A DNA stretch of 64,000 nt from Tubiluchus corallicola (taxonomy: Eukaryota > Animalia > Priapulida), in contig JAQGDQ010000078.1 of NCBI GenBank assembly GCA_030141605.1, forward strand, positions 248,001 through 312,000, given 5' to 3'. A program made the position numbers and the translations under genes. Shown here one piece after another: positions 50,801 through 64,000 of the stretch. Within the stretch, counting starts at the first letter, position 1. Each line of letters opens with the position of its first letter. The notes beneath the pieces are model-generated. The model did no database searches. It was not told where the DNA came from and saw only the letters and a program-made list of their open reading frames with translations.

Positions 50801-53800
50801 GCTTATACATATTGATCCAGTTCATTGATTTACTGAGTTGGTTTATTAAGACAGATCTTGCACATTCTGTAGATGGTATGTTACTTAGTCGAACCCCACT
50901 TTAATCAACAATTTTATTAACTTTTATCAGAGTCTTTTAAATCAAAGCAAAAACAAAACACTAGAACATATTTGACTTTTTTTAATAAACGACCAATTTA
51001 ATTCGGTTTAACAAAAAAATCTGTCTGATGAAAAACTCAATTTGTTCAATTAAAGCACGAGTGAAAAATGAAACACACCTATATCAGACACGAAGTATGC
51101 CCATTTTTAGTAACTTTTCCCAGTTTTGCTTGATTTCACAGTCAACTACACACTAAGCTTGCTGAAATTGTCATGGACTCTTTTTTACAGGGCTGTTTGA
51201 AAACCTCGATGCTATGAATGAGGTAAGTGTAAGTGAACCAAGTTATTATAGTGAACCTACATTATTTATGAAAAATATGTAGAACAGAAATGTAATGCCC
51301 TCAAACCTTGTTATAATGCCAACCTCGCATAATGCGCAAATTTTTAGCAAAACAAGATATCCATATTTGCATAGACATTGCTTAACACCAACTTTTTTGT
51401 GGTCCTAAAGAAGGTGGTATAAAGAGGTTTGACTGCATGCATACAGAAGTAAGTTTCCGTATATCTACAGTCCATACAATTTGTAGCTGTGGGCAGTAAG
51501 GCTAACTAGTAATTATTAAACAAAAATATGGTAGAGCTGTACATACAAGAAAATAGGCAGATGTGGTTGAAAATATATGGTGACACTAAATATAAACAAT
51601 AAAGTTAGATTTTTATCTATTTATTTATCTATTTAGCTCAACATTGCAATATACAAACTATTATAATTACGGAATTGACAATACATTGCAGTGCAAATTA
51701 ACTTATAAGCTATGCTCAACATGAATAGGCCCTTAAGTATGATATAAACAAACAATAGGTGCTGTTGAATGAGGTAAAGCAAATAAAGGCAACGATAATG
51801 ATGACAGTGATAATGGTAATGATAAACACAATAGGTATATGGTTTAGCTTGGATGATTGTGAAGCTGCATATTCAAACAACTAGGAATACAAAAAATACT
51901 AACGTTAGAGAAAAATATGCATGTGAAGAATTACAGACAGATAAGTAAGATTACACAATCAGAAAGATAAACTCATGCTAATAATTAAACACTTAATATT
52001 ACAGGTCAAACTTAGTGAACTGATACAAGGATTAATGAGAGAAAAAGACTCGTTATTGACACAACTGAGAGATTTTGATTGGCGTCTTGAGCAAGAAGCC
52101 AAGGTTTGTCAAGAAAAATTGTCTGTTCTTATTTTCATGTCATTTAAACAAAGCATGACAAATCCCACTTTAGCACCTGTGTGACCGGCATGTCGAATCC
52201 ATTGGGTAGAGTGAATATTTTTCAAATCAGTTTGATTGTTGACAATTGCAAAATCTTTGTTTATTTATCCCCATTTTCTCTTCTCTCTCTCCCTCTCTCT
52301 CGGCAGTTTTATACTGCAATTAACTATGTAGTATTGATTTATTATTATTGTGTAACTTTTCTTTCACTATAATTATCTCATTTATTCATCCTTATTAATT
52401 ATTTTTTGCATTTTTTTGTAATTTGATTGTAATTGTGTGATGTTGTATTTTGTAAAATGAACTGTGGTTTGCTATAAAAATACTAAATCAAATCACTGCC
52501 CCTTTCTCCCTCTCCCTCCTTTCTCCCTTTTTCATATCTTTTCTTCCATCCCCTTCCCTAGAAATTTTACTGTACTATTAACATTGTATTTTCTTATATC
52601 CCACTCAGTGATATTACCCATTTCAGTCGTTCTACATAGCTCATGAGGCAAGGAAAGTTTTTCTTACTGATGTCAGCCATACCAGTCGATTCTACACATC
52701 TGATGCTTTGATGCAGTCTGCAGATTCTGAAAAACTGGCTAAAGAGTAAGAATAATTTAAAAAATACCTGTAATTTAATGAGTAAATAAGTAAGCGATTT
52801 ATTGCCCCATGTTATAGTATATCTAATGAAATTTGTGTGGTTTTACGTGCTAAAACAAAAGAAAAAGAAGCTTGCATTCCCTTCCTGGCCATTGTTATGC
52901 TTGTGTACACCAAAGTATTTTCAGAGTAATCGTCATGCAGAGATCCATCTAACAACTTCTGAATGCTCTAACTCTTAACATTTTTAGGATTGTGTTTGAA
53001 AGATTACTGTTTTATTTCAATAAACTTCAGCTTTAACATAAGCATGGATGGTGTAAAAACCACAGGATACAAAACAAAGTGCAAAACATAAAACTATCTA
53101 AAGGACACAATTTCTGAATCTGACTATCATGGAGTTTGAAATTTTAGGAACATTGCCCCAGATCAGCGTATCCTCGACCCTAAAAAGCCTCCAATCAACA
53201 AAAAAGCAACCGTGAAGAGATTACCAAAACTGGATGGCGATTTAGGAACGGAAGAGAATGGACTGGACTCATTGCCTTCCAACACTTCGTTGGACATTGC
53301 CAATGCCACATGGACTCAAAACCGTTACAAACTTGAGTTTCCACCATCTAACATAGAAGGTAGAAAATAACATAACCATCTTAACCTTGTATGTTGTTAG
53401 GCTCAATCTAAACTAAATTTGTGAGTGTAAACTTACCACATTGTGAAATATTTGCAAAGACCTACTCCAGAGTATAAGCCTAATGCTACCAACAGTAATA
53501 ATTATTACAATATCACTTTTTAAGTCGGGTGCATTACTGTTATTATCATTATACTTAACAATTGTGTTAAAATTACCGAAAATCTACAAGGACTTGTTTT
53601 ATTATTGCAAGACAAAATAGATAATTCAAAAGTCGTCTAAAATAAATTACAATATTTACCAGGATGTGCAGACAAAGACAAAACGAGATACATAAACAGA
53701 CATGCCCACCAGAGTATGCACATAGGCGAAGCTGTTAAAAAAAGCTGAAATATGTGATGGCGGAGAGATTGCAATGTTATTCAGTTTTCAAACCAAACTT

Positions 53801-55023
53801 ATCGAAAATTGGGAAATGTGAAAAATAATCTGTACTAAGCCTATTTTGAACCAAATACCAGTGATTATGACCAGTATTAATTTACTTCTTTGTGAACAAG
53901 TTTCATTTTAAAACTTATAATTGTAGGTTCATTCTCAATTTATAATAATTAAAAACCTGTTAAATAAATGAAATTTTCGTTAGTTTGTGATTGTGATTAC
54001 CACTGTAACAAGTTGACGTCAGTTCCAACAGGTTAAAGCATGCAACTCTGGTATCGTGTAAGCAACCAATGCATTCAGCTTCATTTTCACTTGTAATATT
54101 GTATGGCTATTGTAACATATTTATTATTTTATTTACCATTTATTCATATATGTTTAGCCCAAATATAATACAGTCACGTTAGTGAATTAGTACAAAAACG
54201 AACGCAACATTAGCCTTATTATTACACACTCGCACAGCATACAGAAAGAAATGTGGATACGACGGTTCCAAACGAACAGGCTTGCAACTAAAATTTAAGG
54301 CATGAAAACTTTACATAAACTGCACAAGCAAAAATTGAGATACTAAATTTGACCATTGCAATTTCAATTATCCAACATATATTAGTAACAAAAAAGTTAC
54401 TAATATATAGGAATCAGACAGTAGTTATATGCTCAAATATACAGCAATTATAAATACGGATCTCCTACCTTTTATTGTGCTATAATGTCCTTTTTAATTT
54501 TAACTGTGCTTTCCTCTCCGTCTGTGCCAGTGAACTTATAACATCCCAGAATACAGTATGTAATATGAACAGGACAGATGTACAGCAATTATGTGACGTG
54601 ACGCTTCGAAGCAAATTGACCACAAGAAGAAGAAGAACAACAATGCAAGTACTAGACACCCCATTGTGGAAAAGTATATAGGTTTTGAATTTCACTCTTG
54701 AATTGTACACACATTCTATCTGAATTACAGCAATAAAAGAAGACCCACAGGACGGTAGTGATTCCACTCATAAAACACACAGAAGATCCAAATCTCAAAT
54801 TCCACGAATTCGCAAACCTCTCTCTGATGAAGATCAGTCCCAAACGGACATGCGAAGTGCTATATCGATGGATTCGCTAAATGAGTCGTCCACAGCATTG
54901 ACCACATATTTGGTAGAGAAAGAAGCAGGTGAACAGCAGGACAAGCAATCCAAAATACCACAGGCTAAAGGAAAGAAGTCTTCAAAAGGAAAATCAGTTA
55001 CAGCAGCTAAATCAAAGAAATAA
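47889..55023 (+). CDS. CCDC169: Coiled-coil domain-containing protein 169 homolog, ~354 aa without optional exons
   Basis: Exons 47889-47995, 48599-48681, 49311-49430, 51191-51222, 52005-52103, 52627-52745, 53148-53359, 54731-55023 (TAA), plus optional in-frame candidates 50009-50083 and 53031-53078. Peptides SINEMKDKISELEEKI..NEWRVRYETQTEYNQYLEQQ, REKDSLLTQLRDFDWRLEQEAKSF and LPKL match recalled human CCDC169 ([45 protein letters not shown]; LPEL). Confidence 0.88.
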
Positions 55024-55320
55024 ACTAAATACGAGTGACACGTATTCAAATAGAACTCATTTCACTGTTACGTTAATGTTAAATTATCATGAAATCTTGT
55101 TACACTGCTGCTGATGTAATTGCCAGCTTTGTCACGATGACAGTTTCTGTTTTGTCTGGATTTCAATAATGAATTATTCAAACAGGATAACAGGTGAACT
55201 TTTTTGGCCATTGTAAATGCAACAAAAATGCGCAGTGTTCACATGTATTGTTGTAGGCATAATAATATTTTACCATTTATCACTTATTAAAATTATCTAG
55301 GAAACAAAATAGAGGCTACA

Positions 55321-55418
55321 CAGTAGAATGACTTTCATAACCTCCCCTTACCGATAACCCCTCTATAGCGCCATATTTAGTGGTGTACCAGACGTGGCGT
55401 TATAACAAGGTTTCACTG
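55321..55418 (+). mobile_element. Short internally deleted Tigger-like MITE
   Basis: Its right end TTTAGTGGTGTACCAGACGTGGCGTTATAACAAGGTTTCACTG|TA is nearly the same as the right end of 16900-17721. Confidence 0.6.
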
Positions 55419-57383
55419 TAAATCATTCTCATTATAATGCCAGCTGTTCAATGCACAACTAACCAGCTCCTCAAAAGAAACAAATCTGCAAATGTTAAAA
55501 TTTACACAACTGGAATTGTGCGACTTTTACATATTATTTGCTCTTCGTTGTTCAAGTGCTAATTGCACTGTATGGGTAGAACATTGGGAAATCAATGCTC
55601 TTCTTTGGCCAACATTTCACAATGGTGTGAAAAGACTGCTTTAACCTCTGTCACACTTTGGTAGACGTTGACTGATTATCTTACACACAGAACAGGCAAT
55701 AGAATAGTATGCACCCATTTTTAATGAAACGGTAATATAAGAAACTTCCAGCGGTAACTAAGATAACTAGAGGACCCAATTAACTGTTCATATTTGATGG
55801 CCCAGACCAGGTATTGTCATATCATGAGGCTTGCAAAAAGTTTGCAAAAAATGTGCAACTAAGCTAACACAACTACAAAAACTATTGAATGAAAAAAACT
55901 GATACTAATTAATGTTTATTTCACCTGTTCAAAAAATGTTGTTTCAAAATAAATTTCGTAATTATTTATAATCAATAGTAACCACTTATACAGCAACATC
56001 TTTAAAATTCGCCTAAATCTATTTCATCTTTTGTTCTAGCACTTGTATGATTTAATAGATATTTATTTACAACAACGATATATATATATATATATATATA
56101 TACAGTGCACTACATGAAAAACAATGGAGATATCTGCAATTTACGACACAGCTCGCCGTCTTGTTTAACAACTGCACAAAAAATTGCATTTTCATAAGAT
56201 TATTGTACAAAATTGCTCTTGTATGAAATAATATATTCATAAGAACTTCCAAGCTACAAGATCTGATACTGACAAGCAACAACCAGCTAATTTGTTTCTA
56301 GAAAATGCCCATCTTGCTGCAGTGACATTGCGTGAACCAGCCAACAATATTAGCATTAAGGCTGTTGCCTACAAACATATTGGTAGTTGACTGCTTGCAT
56401 TAATCACATTCTTAACACAGTGCTGCAGGTCTGGAAAAGATCATGACACAACCACATTGTCTTCTGTATTACACACAGTAGAATGGATTTAGGAGACAGC
56501 ACAGATTAACTATTAGCAAAATAAGCATGTGGCTAGGATCTCAGGGGAAGAGGTGGCCCCACATAAAATACATCGGAACGTGTGTGGTGGTTTCTGTGTT
56601 TGTTTATAATATTATGGTACAGATGGGCATCGAGATTTTGACTACTGAGCAGTCTGATGTGCTCCTTGCCTATGTGATGACACTGACTTATATTACACGT
56701 CGTCTCTTACACAGTCTCTGAATTGTTAATCTAATATAACTTTTTTATGCAATGTAAAGAAGATGTTCCAGCATTTACTGTACATAAATCTTACTGCAAG
56801 TTTTTTTTAATTTCGAAAGATAAAATTTCATTTACAGTTTAGTATTGTTTCCATACTGAATTACACATATTTATGGGGGTACGATGATCTTTTCGGTGCT
56901 TAGGGCTTCTTGTGGTCATAATCAGGCCCTGGACTTAGAACAGCCCACAGGGAAAGAAGTCCAGTCAAAACACTGACATACAAACGATTCAGCTGCCCCT
57001 ATAAACAATAGAATCAAATTCGAAATGAAAAAAACTTGTTGGAATCGGATTCGATTCGAGCATTCAAACTCGAATGTTCTATGGTCACTTCTAATGTCCA
57101 GTATTGTAAGTTTGTTGTGCAAACTAAAGTACATCACAGCAGTATTATTTCATAACAGCTGTTCAGGACCAGGGCTTTACCACTAAGCAAACCAGGCAGT
57201 TGCCTAGAGCCCGAAATTCTGGAAGTTATTCTTTAATTTTATGTTTAGTATAACTAATAAAATATATTAGTGTAACAAATCAAATAAAATAATTTTAGTT
57301 AAAGGAAACGCACTGCTTTCATCATTTTCCATCAAATATGCGATTCTTCTGACAACAAAACGCTTTATACTTTTGCTTTATTT

Positions 57384-57492
57384 GAGCCCGGTTTCACAAA
57401 GCCGTCAATAACTTAACGACATCGTTATTAACAGTAAAGTGAATGTAATAATGACGTAGTTAACTTAGTAACAGCTTTGTGAAACTGATGCC
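57384..57492. mobile_element. Short palindromic Harbinger-like MITE
   Basis: GAGCCCGGTTTCACAAAGC ... GCTTTGTGAAACTGATGCC with further internal inverted symmetry. Confidence 0.7.
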
Positions 57493-58222
57493 TAGTTTGT
57501 TAAGATTGTCAATTTTCTCAGACACTGCTACCCTGCTTAAATTTGCAGTTTCAGTTGCATCCATAGAGCAGTAAAGCTAAGGAAGTGCTTTTAGTAATGA
57601 TCTTTCTAATAATAAGAAAGTTTCCTAATTATGGGAGGTCAACCTATAAGAACAAGTCCTTAGAAACAGAATACAAGGAAACAAAAAGTAGAAACGCTGA
57701 AATACTCTCTAATGAAGTGTTTGCAACCTGACCAGAGTTACAGCTGTGAAGATGATGAAGCTAGTGAGCTGGATTAACACATGAAGAGTTTCAAAAATTT
57801 TCTGATGAAATCGCTGTGGCAAAATGTAGCAGAAATTGCTGAAATTTGGTTGCTCCTGAAGATCAAGGATGTACAATTGGGTCATAAGTTCAATTTCGGA
57901 TTCAATCAACACAAGCTGTAGATAAGTAATTAATTACAGTTAAAGTTAATTAGTACATATAATACATATATGAGCCTAACACACTTGTACCATTATACTT
58001 TATTGTAATAATATACAAGAAAAATTCAATTTGTGGGTGTGGTGTTGACCACGGAGGCACTAAGAATACTTTTGCCTTGGGCGTCAAACTACCAAGAACC
58101 GGCCCTGCATCTATTGTTCTTTGTTCAAATTTTCTCAAGCAGCTTAACAGCCACTTGTTGCAACAGCTTCTGTGTGCTAGCAAATGATTATTGCTTATTG
58201 CATTTACAGACAAAATATTGCA

Positions 58223-58899
58223 CAGTAAGCCCTTGTTCAACGAAGCCCCGTTTAGCAACATTTAGTTTCAACGATGCTGAACTTTTGACATTTTTTTCAC
58301 TTAACAACCATCTTTTTACTTTCCTCAAGGCCAATTTTTTATCAACAATTTCTTTAACTAATTTGATGCATAAAAACAACACATATTGCATTATTCTGTT
58401 CTAAAAATGCACTCGTAACATAAGCAGCACTATTATGTTTTTGCTTCCTGACTGACTACTAGCTGTTTGCATCAAGCGAGACCTGGGAGCAAACTTTATG
58501 TGAAGGAATTTTGCCTGCAACCTGTTTCTATAGTAATCAAACTAAGTGTCTAGATAAAATTCCCAAGGTCATCCCAAGGCTTGTCTTTAACTCTGCAGTG
58601 TTTGTTGTTTAACACCTACCTAGGCTTAAATGTTCACAAAAGAGAAACCGCCAGCTAGGTGTTGGTAAAAAATATACAGGTAGTTTCAAGCAAGCAGAAA
58701 GAAATTAATCAATAGAAATATGAATAAAACTCATGAAAAAATTAATTTACACGTATTAAGTACCATTGATTTTTACCTCTGGAACGTATCTCAATTCCTT
58801 TACGTTACTTTTTATGAAAGTTTTGGTTTCATAACAACATTTCGCTTAACGTTGCATTTTTACTTGAACGCATTAGCGTTGTTAAGCGAGGACTTACTG
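58223..58899 (-). mobile_element. Tigger/pogo-like MITE, copy 2 (longer, inverted)
   Basis: CA|CAGTAAGCCCTTGTTCAACG ... GTTAAGCGAGGACTTACTG|TA. Internal blocks such as AAGCAGAAAGAAATTAAT and ACATATTGCATTATTCT are reverse complements of blocks in 30368-30769. Confidence 0.8.
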
Positions 58900-58991
58900 T
58901 ACAAGTGCTGGGCAAATTTGCATTTAGTTCATTTTACACAACACTTATGGCTGTCATTAATTGAATGAATTTGTTGCAAATCTTAGATATC

Positions 58992-61900
58992 CTATAAATA
59001 CACATCTATCCAACTATTTTTCAATGAGCCCGAGATGTTAACAAGCTGACCCGTTAGTACCGTACTCTCCGTCTCCATAACAACAGCCGCGTGATGCCAA
59101 TGCAATGATTCATCTAATGTGGAAATTTTCAAAGTTTTGTCGATTTGAATGTCAAAACAGAAAACACAGGCAGTCGGTTTTCCATCGCAAATGATTTTCA
59201 CTTCCTTGTCAACGTGTGCTTCCAAAAATGAGCCAACGTCACTCGTAGTACGGAAATTGAGATCAAATAGTTTGAATGGCTCAGTTAAGCGTGTCAATGG
59301 TAATTTCCACAGATTGAAATCCATGTGAGTATAAGCCTGAAAATGCAGAAGCAAAATCAAGAAACAACAGAATACATATGCAATGATTAAGTAGATAAAT
59401 TAAAAATTTTGCTAGCAGAGCTGTAATGACCTAAATCACAATATTAGATTTATCAAACAATTTTAAGATTGCCAAGTGCTAAAATATTTCAACAAACCGT
59501 TTGGCTTCCATTTACACTCTTGCATTGTTTGCATTGTAAGCCACCAGAAATGCAAAACATTTCAATACTTTGATTCAAATTATGCTGGTGCATTTTCTAG
59601 TCCACATTTCAGTGCAGTGAGCCATTTCAGAAAGTTATAACAAAAACGTAATTAGCCTACTATACATTATTTGAAACACACAGCACTTTCAAGCCCTTCA
59701 ATTTGGCCGCTACTAGCAGATCTGTCTGTGTTAAGTCTGTTAATGCTGTGCTCACTGGTTGATTGTTACGTATCTACAGTATATTCAACAGGTGTAGCTT
59801 GACTTATTTCACACTGTTTTTATCAGCAGACAGTCAAGCATGTGCCAATTATCAGTGATTCAGATTATCGCGATACAGCTACACTTTGACAGTAAGCTTA
59901 TTGTTACAAAAGGTATCACGGTGCATCAATGTATCGTAACAAACCTAGCCACTAGCAAAAGACTAAACAGCTTCAGAGATAATTTTTTCAGCAAATAATT
60001 TAAACGATATGTCAGCTCGTCTACTTATTTACATCACATCTAATAATTTGGTTAATTAAATTACACAAAAAACAATATATAAATATCAGAATATGACCAT
60101 AATCAAGAATGTGGGTGGTTTGTTCACACATCGTGTACATAGAAATTGGAGTAACTAATTTTGCTCTTATTCGGACCCATGAGTACGAAAAGTGCTACAT
60201 TTGTCAGGAGATTTAACCTGTTTACCTGATATCTGTTAATAAATGGTGCAATATGTAATCCCAATGTGCACTCATCATTTACAACTTTACTGCTCTTTAA
60301 CAGCGCGTCAGATTCTATGAGTAACCCGTATATTGACATGCATTCTGGAAATATTTGTCCTGTTGGCTTCAAGCAAAACATTCTGAAACAATTTCAATCA
60401 AATTTAATACAAAGTTGAAGTTCTCTGAAGAGGACTTTTTATGCAAGAAGCATTTTATTTACTTTAGCTTTTTAAAAAATATTCTTTTCTGCTACAAAAT
60501 ATTGTACTGTACAAGAATAAGCTACTCTCTTCTGGTCACAAAGGGCTCTCTCAAAAGTTATAATTAATGCTTTCCGCAGAACACATTTTATAACACTTTT
60601 AGCTAATAAACAAGAAACGACTATGCTAGTAACGAACCTAGCAAAGGCTAACCCCTCTAAAACCTGCTGCTGCAACGCACCAGACGTCTCAACCGGAGTT
60701 GCTATTAACAAATCCCAATTGCCTCCACAATCTTCAAGTTTATCCCAGAATTCCAATCTTTGAAGAGCGATACCATTATATTCTGCAATGCGAGTCAGAG
60801 TATCAGCACTGTCTTCACTCTGACCACAATAAGCAACCCTGCACCCTAATTTTGCAGCATGAAGACCAAACAAAGAAAAATGTCCACACATGTCTATCAC
60901 AGATGCATCTTTATGCGAAGTGCAAAATGCTGAGATGGCTGAAAAATATCCATTCATAAACAAACGATCGTTTAACTCTAACAGCACATGCTCGTGAACC
61001 AAGTGTACCAATGGTGACTTCAAATTTTTCAAAGCCACATCACCATGCTTCAAAGACAGTTCACAAGATCTATTTTCTATGCTTTTAGTGCTTTCATGAA
61101 TGCCTAATCTTTTCTTTGGAGGAACGGTAGCCGCATTTGACGATCCTGTTATTTGATCACTGGCTGTCACATTCACTTTCAGATCCTTTAGATCTCCATG
61201 AAGTTTTTCCATATTTGGCATACAAACTGTATCACATTTGTCTCTGATCGCCAGTTCATCATCTGACACGTCATCAGTTACATCAGATAATACACCATTG
61301 CTAGTAACCTTTGTGGGCTCACTTGGCTGTGTACATTGTGAATGTGACTGGCTGCTAGAGTTAGCACAAACACGTTTCTCTAATTTTGTGCATAGAAACT
61401 TGAAGTGGTCTGGGAAGGTTTTTACATTTATTATGCACACATCACCAGCTTCCACATTGAGTTCTTCCTCTGAAAACAAACAGAAGTGAAATGATAGAAC
61501 ATGACACATGTACACACATCCAGGTTATGTATGTGGTTTAGACAGTTTTGGGTACCCTCCACCACATAGAAAACAAGTATAAAAATAGGCAACTATTAAA
61601 GTTATATCATTAAATTAGCATTTATTAATTATCAATTTATTAATTAACGATTAACATTAACACTATTATAATATTATATATCCAAAATTCAGTTATTTCG
61701 CGTCAATATCTAGGGAAATTTGGAATTGGATCTATTGTGTTTTCAAAAATGTCAATGGAGTGAATTACTTCTACTTTTTACAGAAAATTTTTGAATCAGA
61801 AATACATTCAATTACCGACTTTTATTAAAATAAGCTTTTGGACTTTATAACTCCTTCATTGACTTCATCCTGCTTATAGTTAATATAATATTATTACATT

Positions 61901-63988
61901 AAAAATTCCCAGGCACTTCTTTTAGCTGTTCATTGGGTTTTTAAAAAAAGATCAGAAAAAAGAAAACATTGTTTTTTGCTCTGGAGAACTTTACTTACCT
62001 AATATTTAAACCAGTGACTATAAATTTATATTTGAGAAATAGAACTTTCACATGGCTTTTTTGTCAAAGAATTAAAAACTGACTAGTTAAGTAGGAACAG
62101 CTAAAGGTCTGCCAAACTCCTCATCAAAGTGCATTCTTACTGAGAGGGAAAACGGCTTGTTCCCAGCAGCTAGTGCTCTGCTCTGGTGATGTACATATCA
62201 CATTCTCAACATCAACAATGAGATCAAACCACATGATGATTGCATCACATCTGCCAGCTTCTATCACACGAGCTTGAATTGATGTGCTCATACCTTTCAA
62301 CCAATTGTTTATCTCCTAGAATAAATGAATTTATTCTGAAAATTTACAATGCAATATATTTCATTTTAATAGTTTAGTTAAAGTAAACCCTCATTATAAT
62401 ATAAAGTTTTACAACTTAAAATCTAGCTCCCATTTCAAATATTCAATTTATTTTATTATAAACTTACTGTAAAACTTGATCCTTTTGATTTTTTATCAAT
62501 TTGTTCTACGCAATATTAAATTTGAAGAAGCGCCATTTTTCATTGCGCGACATGAATGACATAATGATTACAGTCATGAGGTCACCGAAAATCTGTAAAC
62601 AAACATTGGTAACCAAAGACGCTTTCTGTACTATCTATGTAATTGTCGCTCACTTGTGCCAAAGAAACATAGTGATCTTTTATGGCAATGCATGCATTCG
62701 AAATTTGCCAAAAAAGAGTAAATAATTTAATTTATAAGTTTCATTTATTTAATAATAACCGAATTCGTTGTGCAATCATAATGATGCATTAAAAAAACTT
62801 GAATTTTGGGGTTATACAGGCCATTAAATGCTGAACTCTGAACTGTACACACTGTCTTTGGATTCTAGACAAGATGAAAAGACACTATGGCAATTGTAGA
62901 ATTTTTACCTTTCAAGATCTAAACACAGAGAATACAAAGAGTTGTTTGCAAAGGTGACAAACCTTTTACATATCTAAATATACAATTGAATAAAAATAAT
63001 TAGATAATAAATACTAGTCTGTACTGTAACTTTTCACACAAATATATAAATGTATGACACAAAAATGCTACATTAAGAAACACTTACCTTTGGTTTATTA
63101 AAATCAATGTCTAGGCATCTGAATGAAGCAGACAACTTCTTATATCCACCTTTGATATGAGGTAATTGTTCAGAAGTGTAAAACCCAGATTCCATGTCAT
63201 CATTAAGAACACTTATAAAACTCACATCTACAGCGCCTGCAGTTTTACACCGGAATCTATATACAGGTAAAATGAGCCAAAATCAATTCCATTCTAATTT
63301 TGTGTACCAGAACCTAACTAAAAAAATTACACGAGTGATAAACAAACCTGCATACAAACAAAATGGTACTTAACATAATTGTTTCAACATATATTATAGT
63401 GCTTTGTTCATTGAAGATGACATAAAAGTAGTAAAAGCTCTCAGATCATACACAAGTGTCTTATTTTATGTAGGTGAAGCAAAAATATTGAGTCAATTAT
63501 GCGGAGTTATTCAAGTCAATTGTCGACAGTTTTTATACACATTTGAATAGAAGCGGCCCACACCAGGTGTTTTTGAGTCAGTTAGGTGACAGATTCTATT
63601 AACTGTAATCTCTGATACATTAAAACGCAAATGCTTAAAATACGTTAACTAATGATTGAAGAACTATATGTAACAATTTCTTATGATGTTGTCTGATATA
63701 CAATTGAATTTTCTTAATAAAAACATTCTCACTTGGTAATATCCTTAAGACGCAAACATGAGAAAGCCAATGTAAGCAATACACAAAAAAATACATAAAT
63801 TTGTTCACCTGTTCATATTTTTAATATGCTGACATTCTACAAGACATGCAAAAGTAACTGCACCACGAGGAATCACACAAGCTTCTTCAGGCGGACGTAA
63901 CAAATGCTCCCATGCATGCTTTAGGGTCACTAAAATCCCCTCACCGAGTAATCCACTGTCTACAGTCTCAGTGACTACCAATGAAACC
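58992..63988 (-). CDS. PRMT9: Protein arginine N-methyltransferase 9; 5'-partial (last 6 exons, gene continues beyond the window end)
   Basis: Exons 63988-63809, 63256-63088, 62315-62141, 61469-60638, 60382-60226, 59336-58992 (TAG) join in frame. The double-E loop [25 protein letters not shown], the PRMT9-type CWEQAVFP motif (in place of THW) and the second module [47 protein letters not shown] match recalled PRMT9. Confidence 0.93.
62382..62823 (+). mobile_element. Kolobok-like non-autonomous element, copy 2
   Basis: Flanked by TTAA (62378-62381 and 62824-62827) and ends GGGGTTATACAGGCCA; homologous to 2250-2717. Confidence 0.65.
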
Positions 63989-64000
63989 CTAGTAAATGTA

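Noticed and set aside
55440-58200. Additional gene between CCDC169 and PRMT9
   Set aside because: Only short ORFs without homology and several MITE ends are present; no phase-consistent exon chain was found.

Overview
This window is AT-rich, intron-dense DNA from an animal, probably an invertebrate; it is not prokaryotic and has no CRISPR array, rRNA or intact tRNA. Four spliced genes could be reconstructed by hand with phase-consistent exons. (1) The 3' part of Inturned (INTU, + strand, 8037-23406); the PDZ-encoding 5' exons were not found. (2) A complete anoctamin/TMEM16 (- strand, 46802-24441, ~1356 aa) with very short extracellular loops, an altered TM6 Ca2+-site motif and a ~590-aa C-terminal tail. 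(3) CCDC169 (+ strand, 47889-55023), head-to-head with the anoctamin across a small promoter containing RFX X-box motifs. (4) The 3' part of PRMT9 (- strand, 63988-58992). Introns and intergenic DNA hold many non-autonomous transposons. The most striking is a composite Helitron (33468-35861) with three successive hairpin-plus-CTAG-type ends, the first mutated, flanking a (GTGGT)n tract. There are also Tigger/pogo-, hAT-, Harbinger- and Kolobok-like MITEs, tRNA-derived SINEs, a LINE remnant, a long foldback and two satellite arrays. I cannot support a wholly new biological system from sequence alone. The best leads are the atypical anoctamin, the Helitron end-bypass structure and a possibly RFX-regulated ciliary gene neighbourhood. 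Most short ORFs in the supplied track are intronic noise or partial exons.
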